Shown one piece after another: positions 8,964 through 19,052 of a stretch of DNA of 61,238 nt. The DNA lies in the IMG/VR virus record IMGVR_UViG_2974514734_000001, positions 96,683 through 157,920 of that record. The stretch is one strand, 5' to 3'. The notes beneath the pieces are model-generated. The model ran no database searches. It was not told the DNA's origin and worked only from the letters and a program-made list of their open reading frames with translations. Made by a program: the position numbers and the translations under genes. This stretch comes from a virus (taxonomy: Duplodnaviria > Heunggongvirae > Uroviricota > Caudoviricetes > Ackermannviridae). How positions within the stretch are numbered: the first letter of the stretch is position 1; each line of letters begins with the position of its first letter.

Positions 8964-10388
8964 ATGTTACTCGAATCTGTCGTGCTTTCCCAATTAATCT
9001 ATAACGAAGAATATCAAAGAAAGATCCAGCCGTATTTGAAAGCCGATTATTTCGATAACGAAGGCGAGAAGATTATATTTGGTCTTATAGACCATTACAC
9101 TTGCGAATATAATGCTCGTCCTTCGGTTGAAGCGCTGTCTATTATGCTGGAAAAGACTTCGCTCAACGAACACGTATTTGATCAGGCCATTTCTGCTCTT
9201 GAAAATATTAATGACAATACTTTTCATCAGGACTGGTTAGTAAAAGAAACAGAAAGTTGGGCGCGTCAGAAAGCTGTTCATAACGCAATTAGACAAGCCG
9301 TTAACATATACGGCGATGAGAAACGCAAAGATGAGATGAACAACATCCCTACTTTGCTGCAAGAAGCCCTGGCGATTCAGTTTGATTCATATCTCGGTCA
9401 CATCTATTGGGAAATGGCTGAGCAACAATACGACCACATGAACTCTAATGAAGCGAAGATCCCTTTCGCCGTAGAGATATTCAACAAAGCAACTCGTGGT
9501 GGTGTTGGCAAGAAGACATTGAACATCGTTACAGGCGCAATCAACGCAGGTAAGACAACAACTCTGATTGATTTGGCTGCTGGTTATGCCGAGCAGGGGT
9601 TGAATGTGTTCGTATTCACCCTCGAAGTGGCCGAGAACGTCTGGCGACACCGCCTTGATGCCCGTATGATGCGCAGGGACTTCGAGTCCTTAGAGAAGCT
9701 CTCACGGCACGAGTATATTGCCACCATACAAAAACTGAGAACCCGTCAAGACGGTTCCATGAAGGGTGATATTGTTATCAAGGAATATCCTTCGGGCGCG
9801 GGGCATACAGGTTTGTATCGTCGTGATATTCTTGATTATGCGACTGCAACAGGAATTACACCCGATGTCATCATTATTGACTACTTGGGGGAATCTGCGT
9901 CTTCTCGCCTTCCCGCTCACTTGATGCAAAACACCAACGTGTATTATACATCCGTGGCGCGAGAATTCCGTGCTCTTGGGTTTGAGTTTGATTGCCCTGT
10001 TTGGACAGGTATGCAGTTTAACCGTGAAAAGCAATCAGCAACTGATGGTGATATCAGTGACTTGGCAGACGCTATCGGTATCCCGAAGGTCGCTGACTTT
10101 ATCATGGCATTTTATGCCCCAGACGAACTGGCGGCTGTTAAGAAAGCCAGAGCATCAATCTTGAAAAATCGTTATGCCAACAAGCAGAAACTCAAATCAT
10201 TCTTGTTTGGTATGGACCAAGATAAACAGATCTTGTTCGACTTGGACTGGAATGAAGTCAAACGAGACCTGACTGATGAAGAAGCCCGTTATGTTGAGAA
10301 CGTGCATATCAAGCATGACTTGAATAAAACGGGGGACTCAAATGATGTTAAAAAAGCCGAGACCGTCAATAGTTGGAATTTCGGTTAA
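8964..10388 (+). CDS. 41: Replicative DnaB-family helicase gp41
   Basis: GAINAGKTT Walker A, FTLEVAE, IVIKEYP, IIIDYLG, NRY motifs. Confidence 0.95.
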   Translation: MLLESVVLSQLIYNEEYQRKIQPYLKADYFDNEGEKIIFGLIDHYTCEYNARPSVEALSIMLEKTSLNEHVFDQAISALENINDNTFHQDWLVKETESWARQKAVHNAIRQAVNIYGDEKRKDEMNNIPTLLQEALAIQFDSYLGHIYWEMAEQQYDHMNSNEAKIPFAVEIFNKATRGGVGKKTLNIVTGAINAGKTTTLIDLAAGYAEQGLNVFVFTLEVAENVWRHRLDARMMRRDFESLEKLSRHEYIATIQKLRTRQDGSMKGDIVIKEYPSGAGHTGLYRRDILDYATATGITPDVIIIDYLGESASSRLPAHLMQNTNVYYTSVAREFRALGFEFDCPVWTGMQFNREKQSATDGDISDLADAIGIPKVADFIMAFYAPDELAAVKKARASILKNRYANKQKLKSFLFGMDQDKQILFDLDWNEVKRDLTDEEARYVENVHIKHDLNKTGDSNDVKKAETVNSWNFG

Positions 10389-10389
10389 C

Positions 10390-10425
10390 TTCAATAATGG
10401 TGGTCATAGGGTATAATCTCTATGA
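10390..10425 (+). promoter_or_regulatory. TTCAAT-N16-TATAAT promoter with -10 box in a hairpin loop
   Basis: tcataggg-TATAAT-ctctatga. Confidence 0.55.
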
Positions 10426-10451
10426 TCTGAATATTAACCCAGGAGCACATC

Positions 10452-10784
10452 ATGTCGGATGTTGCATTTATAGCTGACCTGATTCGGGCGGCACAACAGG
10501 TGTGCCAGTCTGGAGAAACCAGTCTCAAACTCACTACAGAGCAGACTCTAGAATTTTATAAGAATCGTCGGCATTGGGGTAAGAATGTCAAGATACATTG
10601 CGAACCAGGTGAATTGGTTCAGCTTGATCTTCCGTCTTTTCCATTGCCGGTACAGACCAACACTCAGGAATATTACAATGTTGAAGGCGTTGATATTATT
10701 CCTAAGTTTGGTTTTCACAGTATCGTTTACTTCTTCCTACGCCGTTTGGGAACCAGTATCGGCCCACTCGGTTCTCGTCATTAA
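10452..10784 (+). CDS. Hypothetical protein
   Basis: 110 aa ORF with AGGAG RBS. Confidence 0.75.
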   Translation: MSDVAFIADLIRAAQQVCQSGETSLKLTTEQTLEFYKNRRHWGKNVKIHCEPGELVQLDLPSFPLPVQTNTQEYYNVEGVDIIPKFGFHSIVYFFLRRLGTSIGPLGSRH

Positions 10785-10796
10785 TGAGGATATATT

Positions 10797-11099
10797 ATGT
10801 CAGTTGAACAAATTGGTTTTTATCAACTCCCTTCTGATCCGAAACTGCGTCAAAAGATGATGCAGACTTTAGAAAATTGTCGCGCCGCCCAGATCCGTAT
10901 CAAGTCTGAACAGACCTTTGTTACCGAAGCCCTGGCCGAATTGGCAAAAGAAACAGGCATCAAAGCCGTTGATCTGCGCAAAGTCGTTACCGACCGCGCT
11001 GGTGGAACTTATACCAAGACCATCGAGACCAGCGCCAAATACCAAGATCTCTATGAGTCTCTGTATCCTAACGCCGCGCCTGATCGCACGGATGAATAA
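10797..11099 (+). CDS. Probable DsbA-like double-stranded DNA-binding protein
   Basis: Helical pattern resembling T4 DsbA (RIKSEQ..V.EALAELAKETGI...LRK...LYESLY). Confidence 0.5.
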   Translation: MSVEQIGFYQLPSDPKLRQKMMQTLENCRAAQIRIKSEQTFVTEALAELAKETGIKAVDLRKVVTDRAGGTYTKTIETSAKYQDLYESLYPNAAPDRTDE

Positions 11100-11106
11100 C
11101 ACCAGT

Positions 11107-11130
11107 AAAGCCCAACATTTGTTGGGCTTT
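11107..11130 (+). terminator. Intrinsic terminator hairpin
   Basis: aaagcccaac-attt-gttgggcttt. Confidence 0.7.
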
Positions 11131-11158
11131 ACCTCAATAAAACTTTACTTCAATAAAA
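11127..11158 (+). repeat. 16-bp tandem direct repeat overlapping the -35 box
   Basis: ctttacctcaataaaa followed by ctttacttcaataaaa. Confidence 0.85.
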
Positions 11159-11172
11159 CTTGCGGCTATCAT
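11144..11172 (+). promoter_or_regulatory. Sigma70-like early promoter TTTACT-N17-TATCAT
   Basis: Near-consensus hexamers with 17-nt spacing. Confidence 0.7.
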
Positions 11173-11215
11173 TTAACCTACATTGAAAAGTTTCACTACA
11201 TCATGAGAGGCAAAA

Positions 11216-12409
11216 ATGAAAGCCAAGACCTTCAGCATCCCAATTGATAACATTGGTCGTGTCAAGGAACGTCTGGCCAAACTTGAAAGAACGGCCAAGC
11301 GCCTGAATCTCGAGTTCCCTCTTGTCGAATACAGCGAACCATACAAAACCCAGCATCGCGATTCTATCACTGGTGAAAAATTCTATCGGTGGTGGCAGGA
11401 TTGTACACTCACTGGTGAAGGCATCGACCGCCCCGTTTCCTACGGCGGGTGGAGCATTATTGGACAATTCAATCACCAATATCCAAAAGTCATCTTGAAT
11501 AAATTAGCAGATGACATCCACCCTAATTTCATTCAAAGATTCGAAGCCGAAAACGTGTCTTGGTGTGAGCATTGTAATAAATCTGTGCGTCGTCATAACA
11601 CATATGTCGTTCGTAACGAACAATCCGGCGCTCAAATGTTGGTCGGCAGTAGCTGTATGCACCATTACGTTCCTCATCAGAAATCGCTTGATGCCGTGAT
11701 GTCTTATTATATGTCGATACATGAAATGTTCTCACCTGATGAAGATGACCCTGAAGGCATCTATCGAGTGAACGAACCTGATTACGTTGACACTGAAGGT
11801 TATTTGCGGAATTGCTTTCAGGTTCTGCTGTCTGGTATGAGTATGAAGAGCGATGATTTTGGTCGAGTTCTTGGTCATATTTCTAGCGGGACTCTTCCGG
11901 AGAAAGGTTCTGACATTGAGATATTCTATAACAAGGCTGTTAAAGCCCGTGAAGATGCTCAATCAGAAATGTACCATATGATGCTTTTCATCGCCGCGTT
12001 GTCTGAGAACAATGATTTCAACGTTCGCCTGAAACGTATGTGTGAACCTGGATATCACATCGTTAAGGACTCCACGACAGTTCGTTGGGGAGCAGCAAAG
12101 TATTATGATTATATCCACACCCCCCGCCAAATGCGTTCTGTATCAAATTGGGTGGGGGAAGTCGGTGAAATGTTAGAAGTGCAAGTCAAATTCGAAGCAA
12201 GGATTTTCCTGTATTCATCTGATTATGGTGACACGTATCTGTATACTTTCAAAACCAAAGAAGGCAATACCATTACATGGAAGACTTCTTATATGGAAAC
12301 CGAATTCCTGGAAGGTGATATGATCATTCGTGGTCGCGTCAAAGAATTGACCGAATTCAAAGATGTTAAACAAACTCAGGTAACAAGGGCAAAACTGAGG
12401 AAATTATGA
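11216..12409 (+). CDS. Hypothetical protein with CEHC Zn-knuckle and C-terminal OB-fold-like domain
   Basis: WCEHCNKSVRR; C-terminal VGEVGE.LEV.V....YG...LY.FKT.EGN...WKTS...IRGRVKE pattern. Confidence 0.7.
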   Translation: MKAKTFSIPIDNIGRVKERLAKLERTAKRLNLEFPLVEYSEPYKTQHRDSITGEKFYRWWQDCTLTGEGIDRPVSYGGWSIIGQFNHQYPKVILNKLADDIHPNFIQRFEAENVSWCEHCNKSVRRHNTYVVRNEQSGAQMLVGSSCMHHYVPHQKSLDAVMSYYMSIHEMFSPDEDDPEGIYRVNEPDYVDTEGYLRNCFQVLLSGMSMKSDDFGRVLGHISSGTLPEKGSDIEIFYNKAVKAREDAQSEMYHMMLFIAALSENNDFNVRLKRMCEPGYHIVKDSTTVRWGAAKYYDYIHTPRQMRSVSNWVGEVGEMLEVQVKFEARIFLYSSDYGDTYLYTFKTKEGNTITWKTSYMETEFLEGDMIIRGRVKELTEFKDVKQTQVTRAKLRKL

Positions 12410-12522
12410 TTCTTTTACAATTTGTTTTGAAAGCATTTGCATTCGGTCTTATCGCATGCGGAGTGATCACAGCTATGCTGTTAATCATAGCCCTGATCAT
12501 CCCCTTTAAGAGGAAACGCTGA
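12406..12522 (+). CDS. 38-aa single-pass membrane peptide (not in ORF track)
   Basis: MILLQFVLKAFAFGLIACGVITAMLLIIALIIPFKRKR; GAGG RBS; ATGA and TGATG overlaps with neighbours. Confidence 0.7.
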   Translation: MILLQFVLKAFAFGLIACGVITAMLLIIALIIPFKRKR

Positions 12523-12731
12523 TGGAATGTTCATGCGGAGGGCAAGGCACAAGTGCATACTTGCCATTTAACACCGTCAAGGAAGCCGAAGACGCTGGAT
12601 ATGCCGTGGACAAGGCTCCCTGTGTAATTGCCACCAAGGATTGTCCGTGCTGTAAGAGGCACTCTCAGAACGTTTGGTATGCCCCAGAAGCAAAGGGCAA
12701 AATTAATTTATTGAATATGATGAGGAAGTAA
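12522..12731 (+). CDS. Small Cys-rich (Zn-finger-like) protein
   Basis: CSCGG and CPCC motifs; coupled start. Confidence 0.7.
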   Translation: MECSCGGQGTSAYLPFNTVKEAEDAGYAVDKAPCVIATKDCPCCKRHSQNVWYAPEAKGKINLLNMMRK

Positions 12732-12732
12732 T

Positions 12733-13071
12733 ATGACCACACTCGTAGAAACATTATTCCCAGGATGCACCCTTGGGCGCGGCGGTAGCGAAGCCAACGG
12801 GCTGGCAATTGACGCCGAACCCCAGAACTGTGTTGTTATCGACAAGTTCCATGACAACCATTATCCCCTGAGCCATCGCCGTGATCATTATCTGGTTTCT
12901 GTGGGTGAAACATTAGTCTCTCTTCGTATTTGTGAAGCAATGCCTGGTTATGGTTACGATGCATTTGCATATATCCATAGCGTTTCCAATGGGGAAATGG
13001 GGAAAGAAACCCTGACCGAACAATTCAAAGGATGGAAAGAATCTTTTACGTCTGTCAAGGAAAGGAGTTAG
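12733..13071 (+). CDS. Hypothetical protein
   Basis: 112 aa ORF with GAGG RBS. Confidence 0.7.
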   Translation: MTTLVETLFPGCTLGRGGSEANGLAIDAEPQNCVVIDKFHDNHYPLSHRRDHYLVSVGETLVSLRICEAMPGYGYDAFAYIHSVSNGEMGKETLTEQFKGWKESFTSVKERS

Positions 13072-13079
13072 AATAATTC

Positions 13080-13127
13080 TATTGAAGTCTCTGGGGTTAT
13101 AATAACAAGACGAATAACCCTGGAGAC
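13080..13127 (+). promoter_or_regulatory. TATTGAA-N11-TATAAT promoter within an inverted repeat
   Basis: tattgaa gtctctggggt TATAAT; stem gtctctggggttat/ataaccctggagac. Confidence 0.55.
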
Positions 13128-13129
13128 AT

Positions 13130-14557
13130 ATGATGCTTCCTCTCTTAGAAATAATCCAAAATCTTCGTGATACCAAAGGCACTAATGCTAAGAAAGCCGT
13201 GTTGACCGAAGCGTTCAGAACCAATCCGGAACTGGTTGATTTCCTTCAATATGTTTATGATCCAATGCGTTCTTATTATCGCACGCAATTTAATCTGAAT
13301 GCATTCCCTCGCATGCTTTCGCGCGGCGTAGTAGGTAGCTGGGATCAGGTTTACGACGTTCTTGATCTGATGTCAGAACGTCGTATTGGCGGGATGAAAG
13401 CCGACCAAGAACTGGCAAAAGCGGCAACAAATATTCATCCTGATTACCACACCCTCATTCAGATCATTCTCGACCGAGACATTAAAGCAGGGATTGCTGA
13501 GAAAGGTATCAACGCAGCATTCAACGCAGCTGGAGGCACAGGTCGCCTGATTAACATCCTCCCATATCATCGTTATGACAACATGACGATTGATCTACTG
13601 AAGAAGATGGATTTCAAGCGCGGCGTCTACAGCCAGCTGAAGTCGGACGGGATGTTCGCTAACATCATTTGTCGCTATGGAAAAGATGCAGAGATTCGTT
13701 CTCGCTCTGGTTCTTTGATTGCGGGTGGTTCCGTTGATAACCTTTCATTGGTTTTCAAAGATATCATCTATGACGCTGGGATTGGGGAAAGCGTTTTTCA
13801 TGGTGAACTCCTTGTTATCGATCTGAAGACGAATACAGTTCTTCCCAGAGCTATCGGTAACGGGAAACTTAACAGCGTCATCCAGACTGGTGAACCTCTA
13901 GAAGATCGTTATAAAGTGATTTATCGTGTATGGGATGTTGTTCTATACGACAAATGGTTCAATGCAGAGCGGGTTGACACCCCGTATGAAAGACGCTTCG
14001 ATATTATCCAGCAGCTGTTTGATGAAGATGACGGGTTGGTTCAGGTTCAGGAGACCCGCGTTGTTCACTCGTTTGAAGAGGCGGTTGATCACTTCAAAGA
14101 CGCGTTGGCTCGCAAAGAAGAAGGCACGATCTGTAAAGCCGCCGACATGCCATGGGAAGACGGAACGTCCTCTCAGGGGCTGAAGCTGAAGATGGAGGTT
14201 GAGTGTGACCTTGAAATCGTGGGCTTCAATGAAGGCGACAAGAAAGGCAAACATGCCAAGACTTTTGGCTCTCTGTTATGTAAGACTTCCGACGGCCTAT
14301 TAGTCGTTGGCGTCTCTGGGATCTCAGATGAGCTGAGGCTCCGGATGTGGGAAAACCAGGGCGACTACATTGGCATGATAGCTGCAGTGCTCTCTAATGG
14401 CGTACAGGATAAAACAGATGACGCCATGAAGTCCTTGTTCCTCCCGCGACTTGTTGAAGTGCGCACGGATAAGAAAGTTGCCAACACGCTGGCTGAGGTC
14501 TATGCGATTCAGAAAGCATACATTGAAAACATTTTGGTGTTGTTAGAGGCAGCATAA
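13130..14557 (+). CDS. 30: ATP-dependent DNA ligase gp30
   Basis: Motif I QLKSDG, FHGEL, EEG.ICK, KLKMEVECDL, FLPR...RTDK. Confidence 0.95.
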   Translation: MMLPLLEIIQNLRDTKGTNAKKAVLTEAFRTNPELVDFLQYVYDPMRSYYRTQFNLNAFPRMLSRGVVGSWDQVYDVLDLMSERRIGGMKADQELAKAATNIHPDYHTLIQIILDRDIKAGIAEKGINAAFNAAGGTGRLINILPYHRYDNMTIDLLKKMDFKRGVYSQLKSDGMFANIICRYGKDAEIRSRSGSLIAGGSVDNLSLVFKDIIYDAGIGESVFHGELLVIDLKTNTVLPRAIGNGKLNSVIQTGEPLEDRYKVIYRVWDVVLYDKWFNAERVDTPYERRFDIIQQLFDEDDGLVQVQETRVVHSFEEAVDHFKDALARKEEGTICKAADMPWEDGTSSQGLKLKMEVECDLEIVGFNEGDKKGKHAKTFGSLLCKTSDGLLVVGVSGISDELRLRMWENQGDYIGMIAAVLSNGVQDKTDDAMKSLFLPRLVEVRTDKKVANTLAEVYAIQKAYIENILVLLEAA

Positions 14558-14567
14558 TCTCGATTGA

Positions 14568-14614
14568 ATTAAGGGGGTTACAACCCCCTTTCAATAAATC
14601 TGTGGTAGTATAAT
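14568..14614 (+). promoter_or_regulatory. Terminator hairpin followed by TTCAAT-N13-TATAAT promoter
   Basis: aagggggtt-ac-aaccccctt, then TTCAAT 14590-14595 and TATAAT 14609-14614. Confidence 0.6.
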
Positions 14615-14642
14615 TCCAACAAATCATTACAACGGTATCGTC

Positions 14643-14906
14643 ATGAAACTTGTTGACAAACAACCAAGAAAGAATAATGACTCATTACATCTCTTAACCA
14701 TTATGCGGGAGTTGGGAGTTTCTGAATTGCAAATGATGAAGATGATGAATTGTTCTGACGTTGTCTATAATTGGACAAACGGTTATCGTCTTATCCCAAA
14801 ATCATTCCGTCGTTTTATTTTGGCGTTGGTGTTTATTCATCGCCAAGGAAAAACAGAAGAGTTTCAACGTTTCGTTAAATCAGAGGAGAGATCACGTGGT
14901 TGGTAA
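14643..14906 (+). CDS. Small XRE/Cro-like helix-turn-helix protein
   Basis: IMRELGVSELQMMKMMNCS.DVVYNWTNG.R.IP resembles an HTH_XRE pattern. Confidence 0.6.
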   Translation: MKLVDKQPRKNNDSLHLLTIMRELGVSELQMMKMMNCSDVVYNWTNGYRLIPKSFRRFILALVFIHRQGKTEEFQRFVKSEERSRGW

Positions 14907-15060
14907 AAATCCGCCGTCATATGTCAAAATCGGGATCGCTTTCCGGAACGCCATGCTTTTCATTAAAGAGAAAGGCTTGATGTCGGAGTTCAATCAGTTC
15001 TGTTCTGAACGCCGCAGATTACAGAAACAGAAAAGCAGGGAGAAACGCCATGATAACTGA
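14896..15060 (+). CDS. Small basic hypothetical protein (GTG start)
   Basis: GAGGAG RBS before GTG 14896; fills the gap before gp59. Confidence 0.55.
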   Translation: MVGKNPPSYVKIGIAFRNAMLFIKEKGLMSEFNQFCSERRRLQKQKSREKRHDN

Positions 15061-15712
15061 GTGGGAGAAAATGCAATATGAACGTGCATTTAACGTTTAT
15101 TGCATATATATGGCGATCAAGTTGCATTTCACCACCAAAGATTTTGATTATGGTCTGTATGGGCCGATGAACAATTACAAGTTTGAAACATTCTATTCTA
15201 AACAGGGTGTGGCCAAACAATTTGCCAAACTTGCTCGTCGGTTTGAATCTTCCCAGGGTGAAGTGGTGGAAAATTATATCATCGCCAACTTTGTTAAATC
15301 ACCAAAAACATGGGTGACAACATTACTCACCCGTCAGGCTCAAGAAAATTATAATGAATATCGCCGCCTGTACGATAACTTTTCATATAATTTTCTTGAC
15401 CATTTTGAACGTTATATGATTCCGGAAATAAAAGAAAGAGGTGTGAACTTTATCCAGTACATCAAAGGAAATGGGAATGGTCACCCACCGTTGCTGACAG
15501 ACATTATCATCAAACGTTATCCGATTTGGTTTTTGGTTGGATTGAATAAAGTGGTGGGATTTATTCATTTGTATGATACAATACTCAAGGAAGATATTTA
15601 TTGGAATTCTGAGTCGTTCTTATTGAAAAAGACTAATTCTGTGGTTCCGGATGAAAATACAGAATACACGAAAGGAAAACTCCGTGAGCTAATCCTTGCC
15701 CACGGAATTTGA
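15050..15712 (+). CDS. 59: Helicase loader gp59
   Basis: YCIYMAIKLHFTTKDFDY N-terminus typical of gp59. Confidence 0.9.
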   Translation: MITEWEKMQYERAFNVYCIYMAIKLHFTTKDFDYGLYGPMNNYKFETFYSKQGVAKQFAKLARRFESSQGEVVENYIIANFVKSPKTWVTTLLTRQAQENYNEYRRLYDNFSYNFLDHFERYMIPEIKERGVNFIQYIKGNGNGHPPLLTDIIIKRYPIWFLVGLNKVVGFIHLYDTILKEDIYWNSESFLLKKTNSVVPDENTEYTKGKLRELILAHGI

Positions 15713-17653
15713 TTACCAATCCCAAAGAATACGACCTGCGTCAGTACGGTTGGACGGCTCCAGTTGTGAACTGTTGAAGTTGTTTGTCGTACTGACTTTC
15801 TTCGAGTTATCAACATTTTGTTGTACAGGCATTACCACACTGGCTGGCGGGTTGGCGTAGGAAGATTTAACTTCCTCAATGTTGTTAGCCGCTCTCCCCT
15901 GAACCGGATATGCCCCACCCAGAGTACCTCCCCCGATCCCAGCATATGCATCTTTCAATTGAGAAGTGCGATCTGTTACGTTCACAGCATCCGAAGAAAC
16001 CCCAGAAGGCATTGGAGTCAGCGTGCTGATATCTGCATTAGGTTGTGCTGGCGATTGACTGTTCGGTGGTACAGAGGCATTCTCAGGAGCCTTATCGTCT
16101 TGGCTTATCAGCATAGACTGTCTTGCTTCCGCCATCTTATTCCTGGCTGCTTCACCACCCAACGCATCGGGGATAATGCTGACAAACTTATCCACGATAT
16201 CAAACATCGCATTGGTGATAGCATTCAACATGTTGAAGAAAGGTTTCTTCACATTTTCAGCAAATCCTTTCTTCATGTCTTCAACGACTTTGTTTGCAGC
16301 CGCCATGCCGTCATCTATCAGGCCAGTTATTCCACCCGTTACCCAATCAACCAATTTTATCAATTGGCCTTGCAAGTTATCTGCAAGTTTACCAGGTATT
16401 TCGGTCAGTGATGTACTCTTCCCGATACCCGCAAACAAATCGTTGGTGACCCAATCAACAATCGAGTTCAACCAACGCACGGGCGCTTCGGTCATTTTCA
16501 GCACTTGTTCACGGAACGCCTTTCCAAACCCAGCATTGTTCCATCCGAATATTTCAGCAACCCAATCGGCGAGATCCCCGAAACTACCGACCAGCTCTGT
16601 TATCCCTGCCTGAACCCGATCAACGATCGATACTTGCGCTTTACCAAGGATTTCTTTAGCATTAAAGAACCCTTTACCGAATTCAAATACAGATGTTATT
16701 AACGCCAGAGGTCCAACTCGAAGCATCTTGGTTGCTGCTTTCAGAGGCGCAAGCAACCCGCCGATCCCAGCACCAAACCCCATGAATAATTTAATGAAGC
16801 CACCAACAAGTTTTAATGGGGACATCAGGAGTTTTAACGCGCCCAGTCCAAGGAGTGCCCCCAGCGCCGCGCCTAACCCAGAAGATTGACCATCTTGTTT
16901 AGGCTCAGACGGAGGGATAGAACCAGCCTCTGGGTTGTTCTTGTTTTCCTTACCTTCTTCGCCACGACGGAATTTCTCTTCTTCTCTATATTTTTGATCA
17001 CTTTCATAGATACGTGTCAGAGTATCATTAAGATCTTCGTTCATGTATCCCAATTTGTCATCAATGCTGTCGAGGCGGGTAACAGTTTCGTTACTGGCAT
17101 CTTTATTGAAATCCAGCGTGTCCTTATGCGTTTGAAGCATTATGTCAGTCAGGTTTACGATCTTCCCTCCGACCAACGCCAGCTTATCCTTTAATCCATC
17201 AAGGCGTTCAAGACTATCTTCGTTGGCCGCGCCCAATTGATCTGATATCATGTCAAGATATTCAACTGACATGTCGTCAACTGGACCATTCGCTGCTTCA
17301 CCAAATTTTTCGATCTTGGTGGCGATACGCATCAGTTCTTCATTGCCATCCTTTGTTAGACTGACGGTGTCTTTCATCCAAGTGCTGTAATCCCTTGTGA
17401 AAATAGGACTGACGCGGACAAACCCACCAACAATATCATTCACCGATGGGAATTTAATTGGCGGGACTTTCTGCTCCTGATTAGACGCCTGGCGTGTCTT
17501 CAGAGATTGCAGTTGTTTGTTGACATCGGCGAGCTGTTTATTCGTCTCGGATTGGGCGCGCAATTGCTTGCGCTCCATCATTTCTTTTTTGATTTTATCC
17601 AAAACCTTGACGATGTCTTGCTGCCCTGGTGTCGGTTGATTGTTATCTGCCAT
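15713..17653 (-). CDS. Baseplate hub / tape-measure protein (gp29-like)
   Basis: 646 aa helical protein with G/A/L-rich hydrophobic centre, in the baseplate cluster. Confidence 0.7.
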   Translation of the reverse strand: MADNNQPTPGQQDIVKVLDKIKKEMMERKQLRAQSETNKQLADVNKQLQSLKTRQASNQEQKVPPIKFPSVNDIVGGFVRVSPIFTRDYSTWMKDTVSLTKDGNEELMRIATKIEKFGEAANGPVDDMSVEYLDMISDQLGAANEDSLERLDGLKDKLALVGGKIVNLTDIMLQTHKDTLDFNKDASNETVTRLDSIDDKLGYMNEDLNDTLTRIYESDQKYREEEKFRRGEEGKENKNNPEAGSIPPSEPKQDGQSSGLGAALGALLGLGALKLLMSPLKLVGGFIKLFMGFGAGIGGLLAPLKAATKMLRVGPLALITSVFEFGKGFFNAKEILGKAQVSIVDRVQAGITELVGSFGDLADWVAEIFGWNNAGFGKAFREQVLKMTEAPVRWLNSIVDWVTNDLFAGIGKSTSLTEIPGKLADNLQGQLIKLVDWVTGGITGLIDDGMAAANKVVEDMKKGFAENVKKPFFNMLNAITNAMFDIVDKFVSIIPDALGGEAARNKMAEARQSMLISQDDKAPENASVPPNSQSPAQPNADISTLTPMPSGVSSDAVNVTDRTSQLKDAYAGIGGGTLGGAYPVQGRAANNIEEVKSSYANPPASVVMPVQQNVDNSKKVSTTNNFNSSQLEPSNRTDAGRILWDW

Positions 17654-17663
17654 TTGTCACCTC

Positions 17664-19052
17664 TCAGACCTTCTGGGCTTGTCCTTTCTCTATTGGCGTC
17701 GGAGTTGGTGTAGAAGCCACAGTTTGACCAGTCTGAGGCGGTAAGACCTTCTGGATCATACTATCTTTGGCAATCTCAGCGACGCATTGATAATCATTTG
17801 TCAGGCGTGAAATCTTGTGGCGTATCTTTGTGACGATATAATGGCCTGTTGATAACTTACTTAACTCGGCAATGTTTTCATTAGATTTCGGGCGGTTCGA
17901 CAAATCTTCAATATAATAAACCTGCCCAACATTCAGACGGTTATCCCCCACGACCAGCAAACGCATAACCGTTGACGCGAGGCTGAATTCTATAACGCGT
18001 CGTGCGTAATCTATTTGTTCGGCACCATCCGGTTGCGCTTCAATGTACCTAACGTTCTCACGGTCGAATTGATCAGAGAACAAAGGGAACGGATCAAGGT
18101 GAGCAGTGCTGTCAAACCATTCTGAATAAATGCGTTGGGTCGCTGTCGTGGATTTTGTACTAAAGTCATACACGCGCTCGTTCACTGCCAAGATATCCCG
18201 ATAATTCGCCATGTACTGATCACGCGCCAGTTTCTTTTCAGCCTTGATGATCGTCCGCATAAAACGTTCGGAGTTGAAGTTATTGTCTTGCATCAACGGG
18301 GCATCTTGAGGATCACGGAAGAATTTCTTTTCCGCGCTTGCCTCTTGTTTCTCTTCGGCAGTCATGGACTGATTGCCCTGGTTGAACAATGTCGTCATGC
18401 TCTTGAAGTGATAGCCTGTGAAGTCTTCATAGAAAACAAATGGCATAAACAATTCGTCGTATGCGCGGCTGGCCATATAATCGATGGAACGAAGTACAGG
18501 CCAAAGAGGAGTTGCGAATCGTTCTTGCACGCCATACGACGGATCTATGTCTTCAAATTTGGTTCGAGAATTTAACTGCTCAAAAATCTTGGCCGCCATT
18601 TCTGAATAAGAACCGTTCAGACCGATAGACTTACGCAGCATGCTGTCACGGTACGCATCTGTTGTCACCAAGTGCAGCCAAAATGCTTTTTTAGATGATG
18701 AATTGGATTCATCCGCAACTCTACCCACCCGACTCACGCGCAATGAGAGAGTAGTGTAATCAGAAGCCGCTGGTGATTTGAATGACACCACTACTTCTTC
18801 ACCGCCAAGTATCGGCATTGTGTCCAATATATCCCAACCTTCTTTTATCAAGATATTGGCTGTCAGTGAAGGAGAAGCATTGCCTTCCAAACCAAGATCT
18901 TGGTAGACGTTGAATTCTTGAAATAAAGAAGACAGGTCATATGGTCTTGGCGTACCACCTTCTGGAGTATGTGGTAGGATCGCCATATACTTCAAATCAA
19001 ATGTGGTGGACGGTGTTAAAATACCGTCTTGAGATTCTTTATTTTCGATCAT
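17664..19052 (-). CDS. Baseplate hub subunit (gp27-like)
   Basis: PILGGEEVVVSFK, FYEDFTGYHFKS, GDNRLNVGQV, GHYIVTKIRH motifs. Confidence 0.75.
   Translation of the reverse strand: MIENKESQDGILTPSTTFDLKYMAILPHTPEGGTPRPYDLSSLFQEFNVYQDLGLEGNASPSLTANILIKEGWDILDTMPILGGEEVVVSFKSPAASDYTTLSLRVSRVGRVADESNSSSKKAFWLHLVTTDAYRDSMLRKSIGLNGSYSEMAAKIFEQLNSRTKFEDIDPSYGVQERFATPLWPVLRSIDYMASRAYDELFMPFVFYEDFTGYHFKSMTTLFNQGNQSMTAEEKQEASAEKKFFRDPQDAPLMQDNNFNSERFMRTIIKAEKKLARDQYMANYRDILAVNERVYDFSTKSTTATQRIYSEWFDSTAHLDPFPLFSDQFDRENVRYIEAQPDGAEQIDYARRVIEFSLASTVMRLLVVGDNRLNVGQVYYIEDLSNRPKSNENIAELSKLSTGHYIVTKIRHKISRLTNDYQCVAEIAKDSMIQKVLPPQTGQTVASTPTPTPIEKGQAQKV

Noticed and set aside
15818-18575. Long antisense ORFs (15818-16411, 16176-16613, 18135-18575)
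   Set aside because: Shadows of well-supported baseplate genes; no RBS or motifs.
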